Shown in pieces: positions 1 through 8,451 of a DNA stretch of 33,963 nucleotides. The notes beneath the pieces were generated by a model. That model was not told the origin of the DNA. It saw only the letters and a program-made list of their open reading frames with translations, and did no database searches. The stretch covers positions 4,793-38,755 of the forward strand of contig JAXSMZ010000008.1 in assembly GCA_037924335.1 (NCBI GenBank), given 5' to 3'. The position numbers were made by a program, and so were the translations under genes. Source of the stretch: Aquificaceae bacterium (GTDB lineage: Bacteria > Aquificota > Aquificia > Aquificales > Aquificaceae). The stretch's first letter is position 1. Every line of letters begins with the position of its first letter.

Positions 1-52
1 CTCTTTATAACATATCCATACAACCAAAAGTGTCAAGGGGTCTTTATGTTTC

Positions 53-85
53 TAAACTTCTATATGCGTCTATAAACTTCTATAT
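53..85. repeat. 13-bp direct repeat TAAACTTCTATAT x2, 20-bp period
   Basis: Exact copies at 53-65 and 73-85. A minus-strand TTGACA (+ strand tgtcaa, 31-36) lies just beyond them. Confidence 0.7.
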
Positions 86-94
86 ATTCAGTGA

Positions 95-817
95 TTAGTT
101 TCTAATACCTTTTTCCTTTATTTTTGCGTACACGAGGAGTGTGGCGTAAAGGTAATAAAGGATTAAAACAAGAATTAACAAAATAACCACTCCAAAAGAT
201 AAAAGAGCGTTCTTCCAAGATTCTTTACCTTGCGCAAGGTCTATCAAAGCACCAAATCCAACAAAGGCTATGAGCAGTATAAAAGAAAGGACTAACATCA
301 ATAACGAGAGAATAGTCATCCCTAAATACAATCCTAAAGAGGGCGCTATGTAGTCCCAAACCTTGCTTACTGTAATCTCTCCCTCGTGCCTATCACTGAA
401 GTAGTCTACAAGGTAGAGAATGCAAGAATAGATGAGCAAGGTGAATACAATTTTAAACAAGAAACCCACCATAGGCAGAAAACTGAGCAAGAGCGTTATG
501 AGAAGTATGAAAGAAAATAACGCAAAAAAGCCCACGTTTGCTTTTAGAAATTCCCAACTCTCGGAGAATATGCTATAGGTCTTATTCTGATGACCTTTAA
601 AGGTTAGTCCCAAAACTTCCAAGTTAAAGAAGGGATACTTTAACTTAGCTTCCTTTAGGGATCTTATCTCCTCTTCTGTGAGGTCCAACTCTAAAAAGCC
701 TACACTTTCAAGCTTCTCCTCACAGTTCTGAGGCACGCTTTTTAAAAAGCCGTAAAGGAGGCTACATAAAAACTCCTTTGGGACATCCTCAGAAGTTCTG
801 CTTACTCTTACTTTCAT
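95..817 (-). CDS. Hypothetical integral membrane protein, possibly 3'-truncated
   Basis: 240-aa ORF with a soluble N-terminal ~85 aa followed by about 4 hydrophobic helices. No recognisable catalytic motif. Confidence 0.7.
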   Translation of the reverse strand: MKVRVSRTSEDVPKEFLCSLLYGFLKSVPQNCEEKLESVGFLELDLTEEEIRSLKEAKLKYPFFNLEVLGLTFKGHQNKTYSIFSESWEFLKANVGFFALFSFILLITLLLSFLPMVGFLFKIVFTLLIYSCILYLVDYFSDRHEGEITVSKVWDYIAPSLGLYLGMTILSLLMLVLSFILLIAFVGFGALIDLAQGKESWKNALLSFGVVILLILVLILYYLYATLLVYAKIKEKGIRN

Positions 818-864
818 GATCCCTTCGACTGGTACTTTGTATTATATATTTGACAAAGCTCATC

Positions 865-1066
865 GTGACTTCCTCTCCTCATTAAAATGAGGAGCTTCCC
901 TTTCTCAGGGCTTAACTTCCCGTCAGTCCAACGGTAGGGTATGCTATATCCCGCATACCAGAGGATATTATTATAATTTTTTCTTTGTTTTTTTGTTGTA
1001 TGATTTTGATCATATTTCCACAATTCATCTCTCCTTTGAAAAGGAGAGCCTTCTTGTGGTGCTTCC
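865..1066 (-). mobile_element. Non-autonomous IS200/IS605-family mini-element (PATE-like, 202 bp) with an omegaRNA-like right end
   Basis: Minus strand: target TTAC (1070-1067), 14 nt, guide AAGG, left hairpin CTCTCCTT-TTCA-AAGGAGAG (1048-1029). Right end: guide GAAG, hairpin CTCCTCAT-TTTA-ATGAGGAG (894-875), then 10 nt ending in TCAC (868-865). The internal ACCGTTGGACTGACGGGAAGTTAAGCC (TVGLTGS*) resembles a tnpB 3' end. No tnpA or tnpB ORF. Confidence 0.75.
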
Positions 1067-1135
1067 GTAAACTGCTCTATCCTTATTATAAGAGGTTGTA
1101 GTTTGAGATAGTTTGAAAGAGCTTTAAGTATAATA

Positions 1136-1774
1136 ACGCAAGTTGCAAGTTATATTAGGTTCATTTTCCACATTCTATATAGATTGTAGGAAACCACAGC
1201 AGTATAGATTTTTATAAGAAGCCCACGCAAACTAACAGAATAAGGTCTCATACCGATAAATCTTTTAAGGACACTAAACACACTCTCCGCAAGCCTCCTG
1301 TATAACCTCTTCGCATACTCAATCCACTCACCCTCATACCTGCTCTCCTTTACACTCCTTAAGGGTGTAAGCAGTATGCCCTCTTCCCTCAAAATGTCCT
1401 CCATCAGATAATCCTTGTATGCCTTATCACATATGACCTCCTTACTTCCTACACAGTAAAAGCTCATGTTTGCCAACTTTCACTGGCATACTGTCAATTA
1501 GGTAGTATCTTTCCTACATCTGTGGTAGACATACAAGTTTTAATGTGATGGTTTGCATATAAGGTAGCAGTTTTTCAAGTCTTCTTGAGAAGGTAGATTT
1601 ATCAGGGACTTTAGGAAAGAGATGACTACTCAAGAGCTTTTGAGTAGTTTGCACAGAAATCTGTGTGGGCTATGACTGCCATTGTTAACACCTCAGAGTT
1701 AGATATTACCGCTCTATGGGAATGCTCCATAGGGAGCTTTTTTACCATATCTCTTTATAACTTGCAACTCGGGT
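1136..1774 (-). mobile_element. Degenerate IS982-family insertion sequence (639 bp)
   Basis: Terminal inverted repeats ACCCGAGTTGCAAGTTATA (minus strand from 1774) and ACGCAAGTTGCAAGTTATA (1136-1154) match at 17/19, with the ACCC terminus typical of IS982. Flanked by the 7-bp direct repeat TATAATA (1129-1135 and 1775-1781). Confidence 0.88.
1150..1748 (-). pseudogene. IS982-family DDE transposase, disrupted by stops, frameshifts and an internal deletion
   Basis: Fragments MVKKLP...SNSEVLTMAVIAH...*, FPKVPDKSTFSRRLEKL...*, YYLIDSMPV (first D), CDKAY (second D) and RRLAESVFS (E) lie in different frames. ORF 1150..1476 is only the C-terminal piece. Confidence 0.85.
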
Positions 1775-1783
1775 TATAATAAT

Positions 1784-1810
1784 AAAAAACCCACACTCAA
1801 AGGTGTGGGT
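1784..1810 (-). terminator. Rho-independent terminator of the porin gene
   Basis: Minus strand ACCCACAC-CTTTGA-GTGTGGGT followed by a T-run, about 25 nt after the porin stop. Confidence 0.8.
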
Positions 1811-1833
1811 AAGAACAAGAGAAAGAGCCTTTA

Positions 1834-3063
1834 TCAGAATATGGTTTGAAGAGCCAAGGTCCAGTCTGTGAAGTTTTTGCCTTTACCTATCACGTTACCG
1901 TTTTGGTCCTTGACGGAGTTAAAGTTCTTCATAGCGGCATTTGGATTTACTATATCTGCACCAAGGCTTACTAATGCGTTCCAGCCTTTCAGGTAGTAGT
2001 TGAAGAATATGCTAGTTCTGTTCACTTTGCCTTTTGCAGATAGGTCTTTGAAATCCTTGTACTCTGAATACTCATACTTAAGGGCAAGAGCGGGCTTTCC
2101 GAAACCTACAACTTGGTCATAGAGGAGCTGGCTTTGTGCATAGTAGGCGTTTGTCTTAGGCTTTGTATTGTTGCCAAGCGTAATTGGAAGGCTTGATTGT
2201 CCAATATACCCCAACTGAAGGTTTGGTACAAGGTCACCGAACTTTTGTTCCCACATGGCGTCAATAGTAAAGGACTTTGCAGTACCAGACTTGCCTGCGT
2301 TGTCATCCCACTTCTGAGCCCAGTAAGCTACGCCTATGTTAAGAACGTTCTGCTTTCCGAGGTAGCTGTCTGCCTTACCCCAGCCTTTTTCAGCTTTGAA
2401 TCCAAGCATTATGGGGTTTAATTCAAGTCTTATACCATAGGCAAGGTTGTCCTTTTTGCCCAGATTGGCATCTATATGGTCAAACTTACCATCAAACACG
2501 CCCAATCTATACTGGAGTAAACCATCGGCTATGTTGCCCCATAATGATATACCAGCATCCCTATCTCCTGCTAAGGTTGCTGGAGCAAAAGGGTTCCAAG
2601 ATGGTGCTTTGTATCCTGACTGGCCATCTCCAGCCCCCCATCTTATACCTGTGGGTATTATGTAGTTCCTGGACGATGTAAGGTTGCCTCTTGCAAAGGG
2701 TACTCTGTACTTACCAGCCCTGACCTTAAACTCATCGGCAGGTTCAAGACTTATAACACCATCGTTTAAGGATGCGGAGCTTGCTTGATGACTTCCCCTG
2801 TTGGTAGTGTTGGGAGAGAAATCACCCTCAAACTCAAACTTAACCATTTTGTTGACCTGGCCAGCCATATTGATGGTTGCTCTTCTTATGGAAAAGTCTG
2901 TGTAGTCCTTTACGTCGCTCCTTGCTTTCCCCAATCTCTGTCCAGTTATTCTCAGGGTTAGGTCAAGGGAGGAAAAGGTGCTTTCGTCCAGCTTTATCAT
3001 GGCGGCTTGCACGGGTAGTGACAAAGACACCAGTATGGCGCTCGTTAAGATGAACTTTTTCAT
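1834..3063 (-). CDS. Outer-membrane porin, OprO/OprP (phosphate-selective)/ExtI-like family
   Basis: Sec signal peptide (..PVQA|A), FSIRRA and AGKYRVPF..R motifs, DRDAG, amphipathic beta-strands, C-terminal Phe (LQTIF). RBS AAGGAGG. Confidence 0.8.
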   Translation of the reverse strand: MKKFILTSAILVSLSLPVQAAMIKLDESTFSSLDLTLRITGQRLGKARSDVKDYTDFSIRRATINMAGQVNKMVKFEFEGDFSPNTTNRGSHQASSASLNDGVISLEPADEFKVRAGKYRVPFARGNLTSSRNYIIPTGIRWGAGDGQSGYKAPSWNPFAPATLAGDRDAGISLWGNIADGLLQYRLGVFDGKFDHIDANLGKKDNLAYGIRLELNPIMLGFKAEKGWGKADSYLGKQNVLNIGVAYWAQKWDDNAGKSGTAKSFTIDAMWEQKFGDLVPNLQLGYIGQSSLPITLGNNTKPKTNAYYAQSQLLYDQVVGFGKPALALKYEYSEYKDFKDLSAKGKVNRTSIFFNYYLKGWNALVSLGADIVNPNAAMKNFNSVKDQNGNVIGKGKNFTDWTLALQTIF

Positions 3064-3137
3064 AACTTCTACCTCCTTAGTTTTTATTGCTTAGAAAGAT
3101 TGTAGAAGTCTTTTGTTAAGAAATTCCTAAGATTTGG

Positions 3138-4571
3138 TTAATAAACTGTTAAGTCCCAAACGACCATCTTGACCTCTGTGTAGTCCTCTATGGCAAACCT
3201 TGGCCCTTCCCTTCCTATACCAGATTGCTTTACACCTCCATAGGGCATATGGTCTACCCTGAAGTTGGGTCCCTCGTTTATCATAACTCCCCCAGCCTGT
3301 ACTCTTTTAATAAACTCCCATGCCACGCTCAAGTCCTTCGTAAAGATACCCACCTGAAGACCGTATACAGAATCGTTGACATCATCTATTACTTCATACA
3401 CATCCCTGTACGGGTTTACCATCACTACAGGTGCAAAGGCTTCCTCTCTGAATATCCTTGTGCTCTTGGGAACTAAGCTAAGTATGGTAGGTTCTAAGAG
3501 GGCTTTGCTCTCTGCGCATGCCATACCACCCCTTATGAGCTTAGCACCTTCCTTTAGAGCTTCACCTATCCATTCTTGTACTCTTTCCACCTCAGAGGGT
3601 GCTATCATGGGTCCCACGTCCGTATCCTCCTCCATAGGGTCTCCTACCTTCAACCCGTTTACCCTTTCCCTTAGTAAGGATGTATACTCGTTGAATACAT
3701 CCTCATGGACAAAAACCCTTTGGACTGATATGCAAACCTGACCAGCTATGGCATATCCTCCAAGGATGGTTTTTTCTACAGCCTTCTCTACATCCCCATC
3801 CTTATGAAGTACCAAGGCAGAGTTGGAACCAAGCTCGAGCACAACCTTTTTGATACCAGCCTGACGCGTTATTATCTCTCCAACCTTCCTGCTTCCTGTA
3901 AAAGAGACAACTCTCACGTCTGGATGCACACTCATAGCCCTTCCTACATCACCGTAACCAGGTAAGATAGATATTGCCTTTGGTGGGATACCAGCCTCTA
4001 AAAGAAGCTCACCGAACATAAGTGGAGTTATTGGAGTTCTTTCGGAAGGCTTTAGGACAATGGCATTTCCAGCAGCCAATGCTGGTGCCACCTTGTGCAT
4101 GGAAAGGTTTAGAGGGAAGTTAAAGGGTGTTATGGCACAAACTATTCCAACGGGCTGTCTTATATAAAAGCCTACCTTCCCTCTTCCGTTGGGATGAGCA
4201 TCCAAGGACAGCACTTCGCCGACTATTCTCTTTGCTTCCTCGGCAGAGAATATGAGCGTTTGTATGGCTCTCTGCACTTCCGTCCTTGCCTCCCTTATAG
4301 TCTTGCCTACCTCCAACACAAGACTTTTGGCAAACTCCTCAGCTCTGCTCTTTAGAAGCTCCACAGCTTTCATAAGTATTTGGCACCTTTCGTAAGAAGA
4401 CAAGGAAGATATCTCCCTAAAGCCTTCTTTTGCCAAATCTATTGCCAAGTTTACATGCTCTTCAGAAGCTTTCGCCACCCTTGCAAAAACTTGACCTGTG
4501 TATGGATAGATAACATCTATCCAATCTTCGCCTTCTGAATGCTTTCCACCCAAAAGCATACCCTTTTCCAT
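3138..4571 (-). CDS. NAD(P)-dependent aldehyde dehydrogenase
   Basis: ITPFNFP, KPSE, FTGS, LELGSN (catalytic Glu), GQVCIS (catalytic Cys), EEAFAPV, PYGGVKQSGIGREG. Confidence 0.95.
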   Translation of the reverse strand: MEKGMLLGGKHSEGEDWIDVIYPYTGQVFARVAKASEEHVNLAIDLAKEGFREISSLSSYERCQILMKAVELLKSRAEEFAKSLVLEVGKTIREARTEVQRAIQTLIFSAEEAKRIVGEVLSLDAHPNGRGKVGFYIRQPVGIVCAITPFNFPLNLSMHKVAPALAAGNAIVLKPSERTPITPLMFGELLLEAGIPPKAISILPGYGDVGRAMSVHPDVRVVSFTGSRKVGEIITRQAGIKKVVLELGSNSALVLHKDGDVEKAVEKTILGGYAIAGQVCISVQRVFVHEDVFNEYTSLLRERVNGLKVGDPMEEDTDVGPMIAPSEVERVQEWIGEALKEGAKLIRGGMACAESKALLEPTILSLVPKSTRIFREEAFAPVVMVNPYRDVYEVIDDVNDSVYGLQVGIFTKDLSVAWEFIKRVQAGGVMINEGPNFRVDHMPYGGVKQSGIGREGPRFAIEDYTEVKMVVWDLTVY

Positions 4572-4598
4572 GCTGTTAATTATAAAATCTTATTAAGT

Positions 4599-5552
4599 AT
4601 GCAGGAGAAAGTATTTAAATTTTTAAGGAGCATGTACAAACTAAGAAGGGTTCCAAATGCTTTACTTTTTTACGGGAAGGAAGGAGTGGGTAAAAAGAGC
4701 GTTGGCTTTGAGTTTGCAAAGGGTTTGCTATGTCTCAATGGAGAATTTCCAGCATGTGGAAGATGTTTCTCCTGCAAGCACATGGATGAGTTTAGGAAGG
4801 AACCAGAAGAAAATTTAGAAGTTTACGCAGAGGGACAGGGTGGTAAGAAGGTTTTCATGTACCTTCAAGGTGAGCATCCAGATTTTATATACTTAAAGCC
4901 CCAAAGGGGTGAAATAAAGATAGACCAGATAAGAGGGCTCAAAGATTTTGTCAATTTAAAACCAGCTCTATCGCAGAGGAAGCTGGTACTTATAGCTGAT
5001 GCAGATACCATGAACCCATACGCACAGAATGCTCTTTTGAAAACCTTGGAGGAGCCACCACAAGATACATACCTCCTTCTTACGGCGGGCAATCAAGACA
5101 GATTGCTACCAACTGTAAGGTCAAGAGTGTATTCGGTAGAATTCCAACCACTCTCAAGGGATGAGATAAAAAAAATAACGGGAATAAACGATGACATGAT
5201 CCTATCCTTATGCGAGGGAAGTCTCACCAAGGCAAAGAAGCTGTTAGAGAAAAAAGGTCTAATAGCTATGGCGGAAACCATTATAAAAGGAGATCCACTT
5301 GAAGTTTACAACGTTTCTTTAAGGCTTGAAGGTATGGAATACGAAGACCAAAAGCTTTTTTTGTATATACTTGAGAGCTTTATTTACAAAAGTATGCTTG
5401 ATGAAAAAGAAAATTACGAAGTTTATCAGAGTATAATTAACAGAGTTAGTGAAGTTAATGAAGGAATAAACAGAGGTGCAAGGATAGGTTTGGCAATTTT
5501 TTATATACACATACTTTTAGGAGGTGAAAACAATGCATTATATAAAGGCTAA
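4599..5552 (+). CDS. holB: DNA polymerase III delta' subunit
   Basis: ALLFYGKEGVGK, Zn motif C..CGRCFSC, HPDF, IKIDQIR, AQNALLKTLEEPP, LLPTVRSR. Start moved to ATG 4599 because 4539 overlaps the divergent ALDH gene. Confidence 0.93.
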   Translation: MQEKVFKFLRSMYKLRRVPNALLFYGKEGVGKKSVGFEFAKGLLCLNGEFPACGRCFSCKHMDEFRKEPEENLEVYAEGQGGKKVFMYLQGEHPDFIYLKPQRGEIKIDQIRGLKDFVNLKPALSQRKLVLIADADTMNPYAQNALLKTLEEPPQDTYLLLTAGNQDRLLPTVRSRVYSVEFQPLSRDEIKKITGINDDMILSLCEGSLTKAKKLLEKKGLIAMAETIIKGDPLEVYNVSLRLEGMEYEDQKLFLYILESFIYKSMLDEKENYEVYQSIINRVSEVNEGINRGARIGLAIFYIHILLGGENNALYKG

Positions 5553-6399
5553 GTTTTTGGATACAGGGCAAGTTCTTCAGGTTGAAGGCATATGGGAAAA
5601 TGGTATAAACAGAGATGACTTTATAGTTGTAAGCTCTGAGAAAGGGGAAGAGATAGTGAAAGTCATTGGTTTATCAAAGGAGCCATCCCAATCAAGAGCT
5701 ACCTTTTTGAGAAAAGCAAGGGAGGAAGACATAAGGAAAATGGAAGAAAACAGGAAGAAGGCTGAGAATTTTTACAATACATGTAAAGAAAAAATAATGA
5801 AACACAAGCTTAGTATGAAACTCATAAAAACATACATACCCATTGATGATGCAAAGGTGTTCTTTTACTATACTGCAGAAGACCGGGTGGATTTCAGGGG
5901 TCTTGTTAAGGATATGGCAAGGGTTGTAAGGAAGAGGATAGAAATGAGGCAAATAGGCGTGAGGGATGCTATTAAAATGATGGGGTGGCTTGGAACTTGT
6001 GGAGATGTGCCATGCTGCATAAGGTTTGCAGAGGACTTTGAATCCATATCTCTTAAGGACGTAGAGAACCAGAATCTTCCTCTATCTTCTGCAAAGTTCA
6101 CAGGCCCATGCGGAAGGCTTATCTGTTGTCTTGCCTATGAAAGGAATAACTACCTGGTCAAGAGTATACTGCCAGAGATAGGTACAGAGCTTTGCTTTGA
6201 TGGTAAAATCCTTAAACTTCTTTATGTAGACCCTCTTATGAATAAGGTGTTAGTTGAAGTTGATGGGGAAAAGGAAGAGATGAACATAGAACTTTTACTG
6301 CCCTTTGGTTATGAAAAGGCTCTAAAGCACTGTAGTACACGTAGCTGTTGCAAGCATTTATTGAAGGAAGATGAAGTTGTCTCTCAAATACAGGATTAA
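5533..6399 (+). CDS. ricT: PSP1 domain / RicT (YaaT)-like Fe-S protein
   Basis: FYYTAEDRVDFRGLVKD, RIEMRQIGVRD, GTCG..CC, GPCGRLICCLAYE. Follows holB as in Firmicutes. GGAGG upstream; start is 5533 or 5524. Confidence 0.88.
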   Translation: MHYIKAKFLDTGQVLQVEGIWENGINRDDFIVVSSEKGEEIVKVIGLSKEPSQSRATFLRKAREEDIRKMEENRKKAENFYNTCKEKIMKHKLSMKLIKTYIPIDDAKVFFYYTAEDRVDFRGLVKDMARVVRKRIEMRQIGVRDAIKMMGWLGTCGDVPCCIRFAEDFESISLKDVENQNLPLSSAKFTGPCGRLICCLAYERNNYLVKSILPEIGTELCFDGKILKLLYVDPLMNKVLVEVDGEKEEMNIELLLPFGYEKALKHCSTRSCCKHLLKEDEVVSQIQD

Positions 6400-6400
6400 C

Positions 6401-6814
6401 CTAAAATGTATTTATAATATCTTTGACGTACTCATCCTGCTGGTCTTTTTCTATTTCAGCAACACATGAGAGAGGTATGGCCTGAACCTTAATGACACCC
6501 TTTCTAATAATGCCTAGTTTTTCAGCCGATGACTTGGAGAGGTCAAGTATCCTACCCTTTTTAAAGGGTCCTATGTCTGTTATCCTTACTACAACTTCCT
6601 TTCCGTTCTCCATATTTCTCACAAGTATGTAAGAGTTCATCGGGAATATCTTAGAAGCTGCCGTGTATTTATACATGTCAAAGGTTTCTCCGCTTGCTGT
6701 CTTCCTGTCTTGAAACTTCCTTCCATACCAAGAAGCGTACCCTTCTACACCTTCACATATATGCTCTGACCAAGCAATGTTAAGTAAAAAAAGCAAAATG
6801 GTTATTATCCACAT
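6401..6814 (-). CDS. rlpA: Septal ring lytic transglycosylase RlpA family protein
   Basis: GYASWYG..F..RKTASGE.FD...TAA, VVVRITD.GPF..GRILDLS. Confidence 0.9.
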   Translation of the reverse strand: MWIITILLFLLNIAWSEHICEGVEGYASWYGRKFQDRKTASGETFDMYKYTAASKIFPMNSYILVRNMENGKEVVVRITDIGPFKKGRILDLSKSSAEKLGIIRKGVIKVQAIPLSCVAEIEKDQQDEYVKDIINTF

Positions 6815-6869
6815 AGCTAACCTCCTTTTATGGAGTTTTTGCTATGATAACATACAAAGAGGGAAGATG

Positions 6870-7400
6870 TCAAATACTATATAATCTTTTTAATATAAAG
6901 ATAAAAACCCAAGAAAGAGATGTGGAGAGAAGTCCAACCAGCATACCTCCTATGGTATCGTAAGGAAAATGCACTCCAAAATAAACTCTACCGTAGGCAA
7001 CAAGAAAAACGCAAAATAAAAAAAGTGGTATGAGTTGAGGATAAAGGAAGGACAAACACAGAGCTGCAACGCTTGCCAAAGCTGTATCCCCAGATGGGAA
7101 CGATTCAAGATGATACTCTTTTAAAAGGCGTACATCTTTTAGCACGGACGCAGGCCTTGGAGCTTTATACCTTTTTTTAAGGTATCTAACCGCAAGCGTG
7201 TTTATCAAAACAGAAGTAAGAAAAGCAAAGAGGATGTTTTTCTCCCTCCAATAGAAGAAGAGGGACAAGAGTAGAACTATCCATCCGTTTCCCATGAAGG
7301 ATACTATTAGGAAAAATCTGTCCAGCATAGAACTGTGTCTTTTGTTTATTTTATAAAAAAGTCTTACGTTAAAACTGTTAGGGTTATGGTCATATATCAT
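6870..7400 (-). CDS. PAP2-family membrane phosphatase
   Basis: K....PRP, SFPSGD, RVYFGVHFPYD motifs. Note SGD in place of the usual SGH. Confidence 0.88.
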   Translation of the reverse strand: MIYDHNPNSFNVRLFYKINKRHSSMLDRFFLIVSFMGNGWIVLLLSLFFYWREKNILFAFLTSVLINTLAVRYLKKRYKAPRPASVLKDVRLLKEYHLESFPSGDTALASVAALCLSFLYPQLIPLFLFCVFLVAYGRVYFGVHFPYDTIGGMLVGLLSTSLSWVFIFILKRLYSI

Positions 7401-8451
7401 TGTTTTTTTCTATTTCCCAAAGGAGCTCTCTGACCATATTCTTTTCATCAACCTTTTTTATAGGTTTTCCTTCTTTGAAGATCCAAGCAAAGCCCTTTCC
7501 GCATGCAAGTCCAATATCTGCCTCTTTTGCTTCTCCTATGGCATTAACTACGCATCCCATTATAGCAACTTTTAAAGGCTTTTTAATACTGCGCAGTTTT
7601 TCTTCGACTTCTTTCACTACCTTGGGGAGGTCTACCTCTATTCTACCGCACGTTGGACAAGCAACTATCTCAACTCCTTTCCTTCTCAAGCCCAAGGATT
7701 GGAGTATGCCGTAAGCCGTCTCTACTTCTACCACTGGGTCATCTGTAAGAGAAACTCTCACGGTGTCCCCTATGCCTTTGTAAAGGAGTATGCCCATTCC
7801 AACGGATGACTTGACAATTCCTTTTCTGCCCATCCCAGCTTCTGTTATACCTATATGGAGAGGTATGTCTGTGTGTTTGGCAAAGAGTTCGTTAGCTCTT
7901 ATATTCTCAAGCACATCAGACCCTTTTATGGAGACCTTGTAATTGTAAAATCCCCACCTTTCGAGCTTCTCAGACCAGCGCATAGCGCTATCAAAAAGGG
8001 CTTCAGCACACGGATGGCCATATTTCTCAAGCAGGTCCTTCTCCAAGGAACCGGAGTTTACGCCTATTCTTATGGCAACTCCCTTTCTTTTTGCCTCTTG
8101 AACTATTTCTCTGACTGTATCCTCTTTCCCTATGTTGCCTGGGTTTATTCTTATTCCATGAACTCCCTTCTCCATGGACCTAAAGGCATAGGAGGGTGCA
8201 AAGTGTATATCTGCTATAACAGGAATTGGGGAGTTTTTTATAATGTCTGGTAAAGCCTCCAGGTCCTCCTCGTGGGGGACTGCAACACGCACAAGCTCGC
8301 ATCCAGCTTCAAAAAGCTCCTTTATCTGACTTATTGTCTCATTCACTCTGTGGGTTTTTGTTGATGTCATAGACTGAACTACCACAGGAGCATTCCCACC
8401 TACCTTTACCCATCCTACTTTTATCTGACGAGTCTTTCTCCTCTCTATCAT
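7390..8451 (-). CDS. ispG: (E)-4-hydroxy-3-methylbut-2-enyl-diphosphate synthase
   Basis: VQSMTST, ADIHF, RINPGN, RIGVNSGS, GITEAG, GIGDTVRVSL, CPTCGR, MGCVVN..GE. Start 8451 gives an ATGA overlap with the nadA stop. Confidence 0.96.
   Translation of the reverse strand: MIERRKTRQIKVGWVKVGGNAPVVVQSMTSTKTHRVNETISQIKELFEAGCELVRVAVPHEEDLEALPDIIKNSPIPVIADIHFAPSYAFRSMEKGVHGIRINPGNIGKEDTVREIVQEAKRKGVAIRIGVNSGSLEKDLLEKYGHPCAEALFDSAMRWSEKLERWGFYNYKVSIKGSDVLENIRANELFAKHTDIPLHIGITEAGMGRKGIVKSSVGMGILLYKGIGDTVRVSLTDDPVVEVETAYGILQSLGLRRKGVEIVACPTCGRIEVDLPKVVKEVEEKLRSIKKPLKVAIMGCVVNAIGEAKEADIGLACGKGFAWIFKEGKPIKKVDEKNMVRELLWEIEKNNDI

Noticed and set aside
1..11. CTCTTTATAAC identical to 1751-1761 inside the IS982 end
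   Set aside because: The match stops before the diagnostic TTGCAACT part of the inverted repeat; an 11-bp AT-rich coincidence is plausible.
814..1023. 69-aa ORF from the track
   Set aside because: Mostly runs through the IS200/IS605 mini-element, including its low-complexity A-rich part and right-end hairpin; likely a chance chimera.
1..1135. CRISPR array
   Set aside because: Only two 13-bp repeats with a 7-bp gap and isolated hairpins; no repeat-spacer periodicity and no cas genes.
4539..4598. Long N-terminus for holB
   Set aside because: Overlaps the start of the divergent ALDH gene; ATG 4599 fits better.
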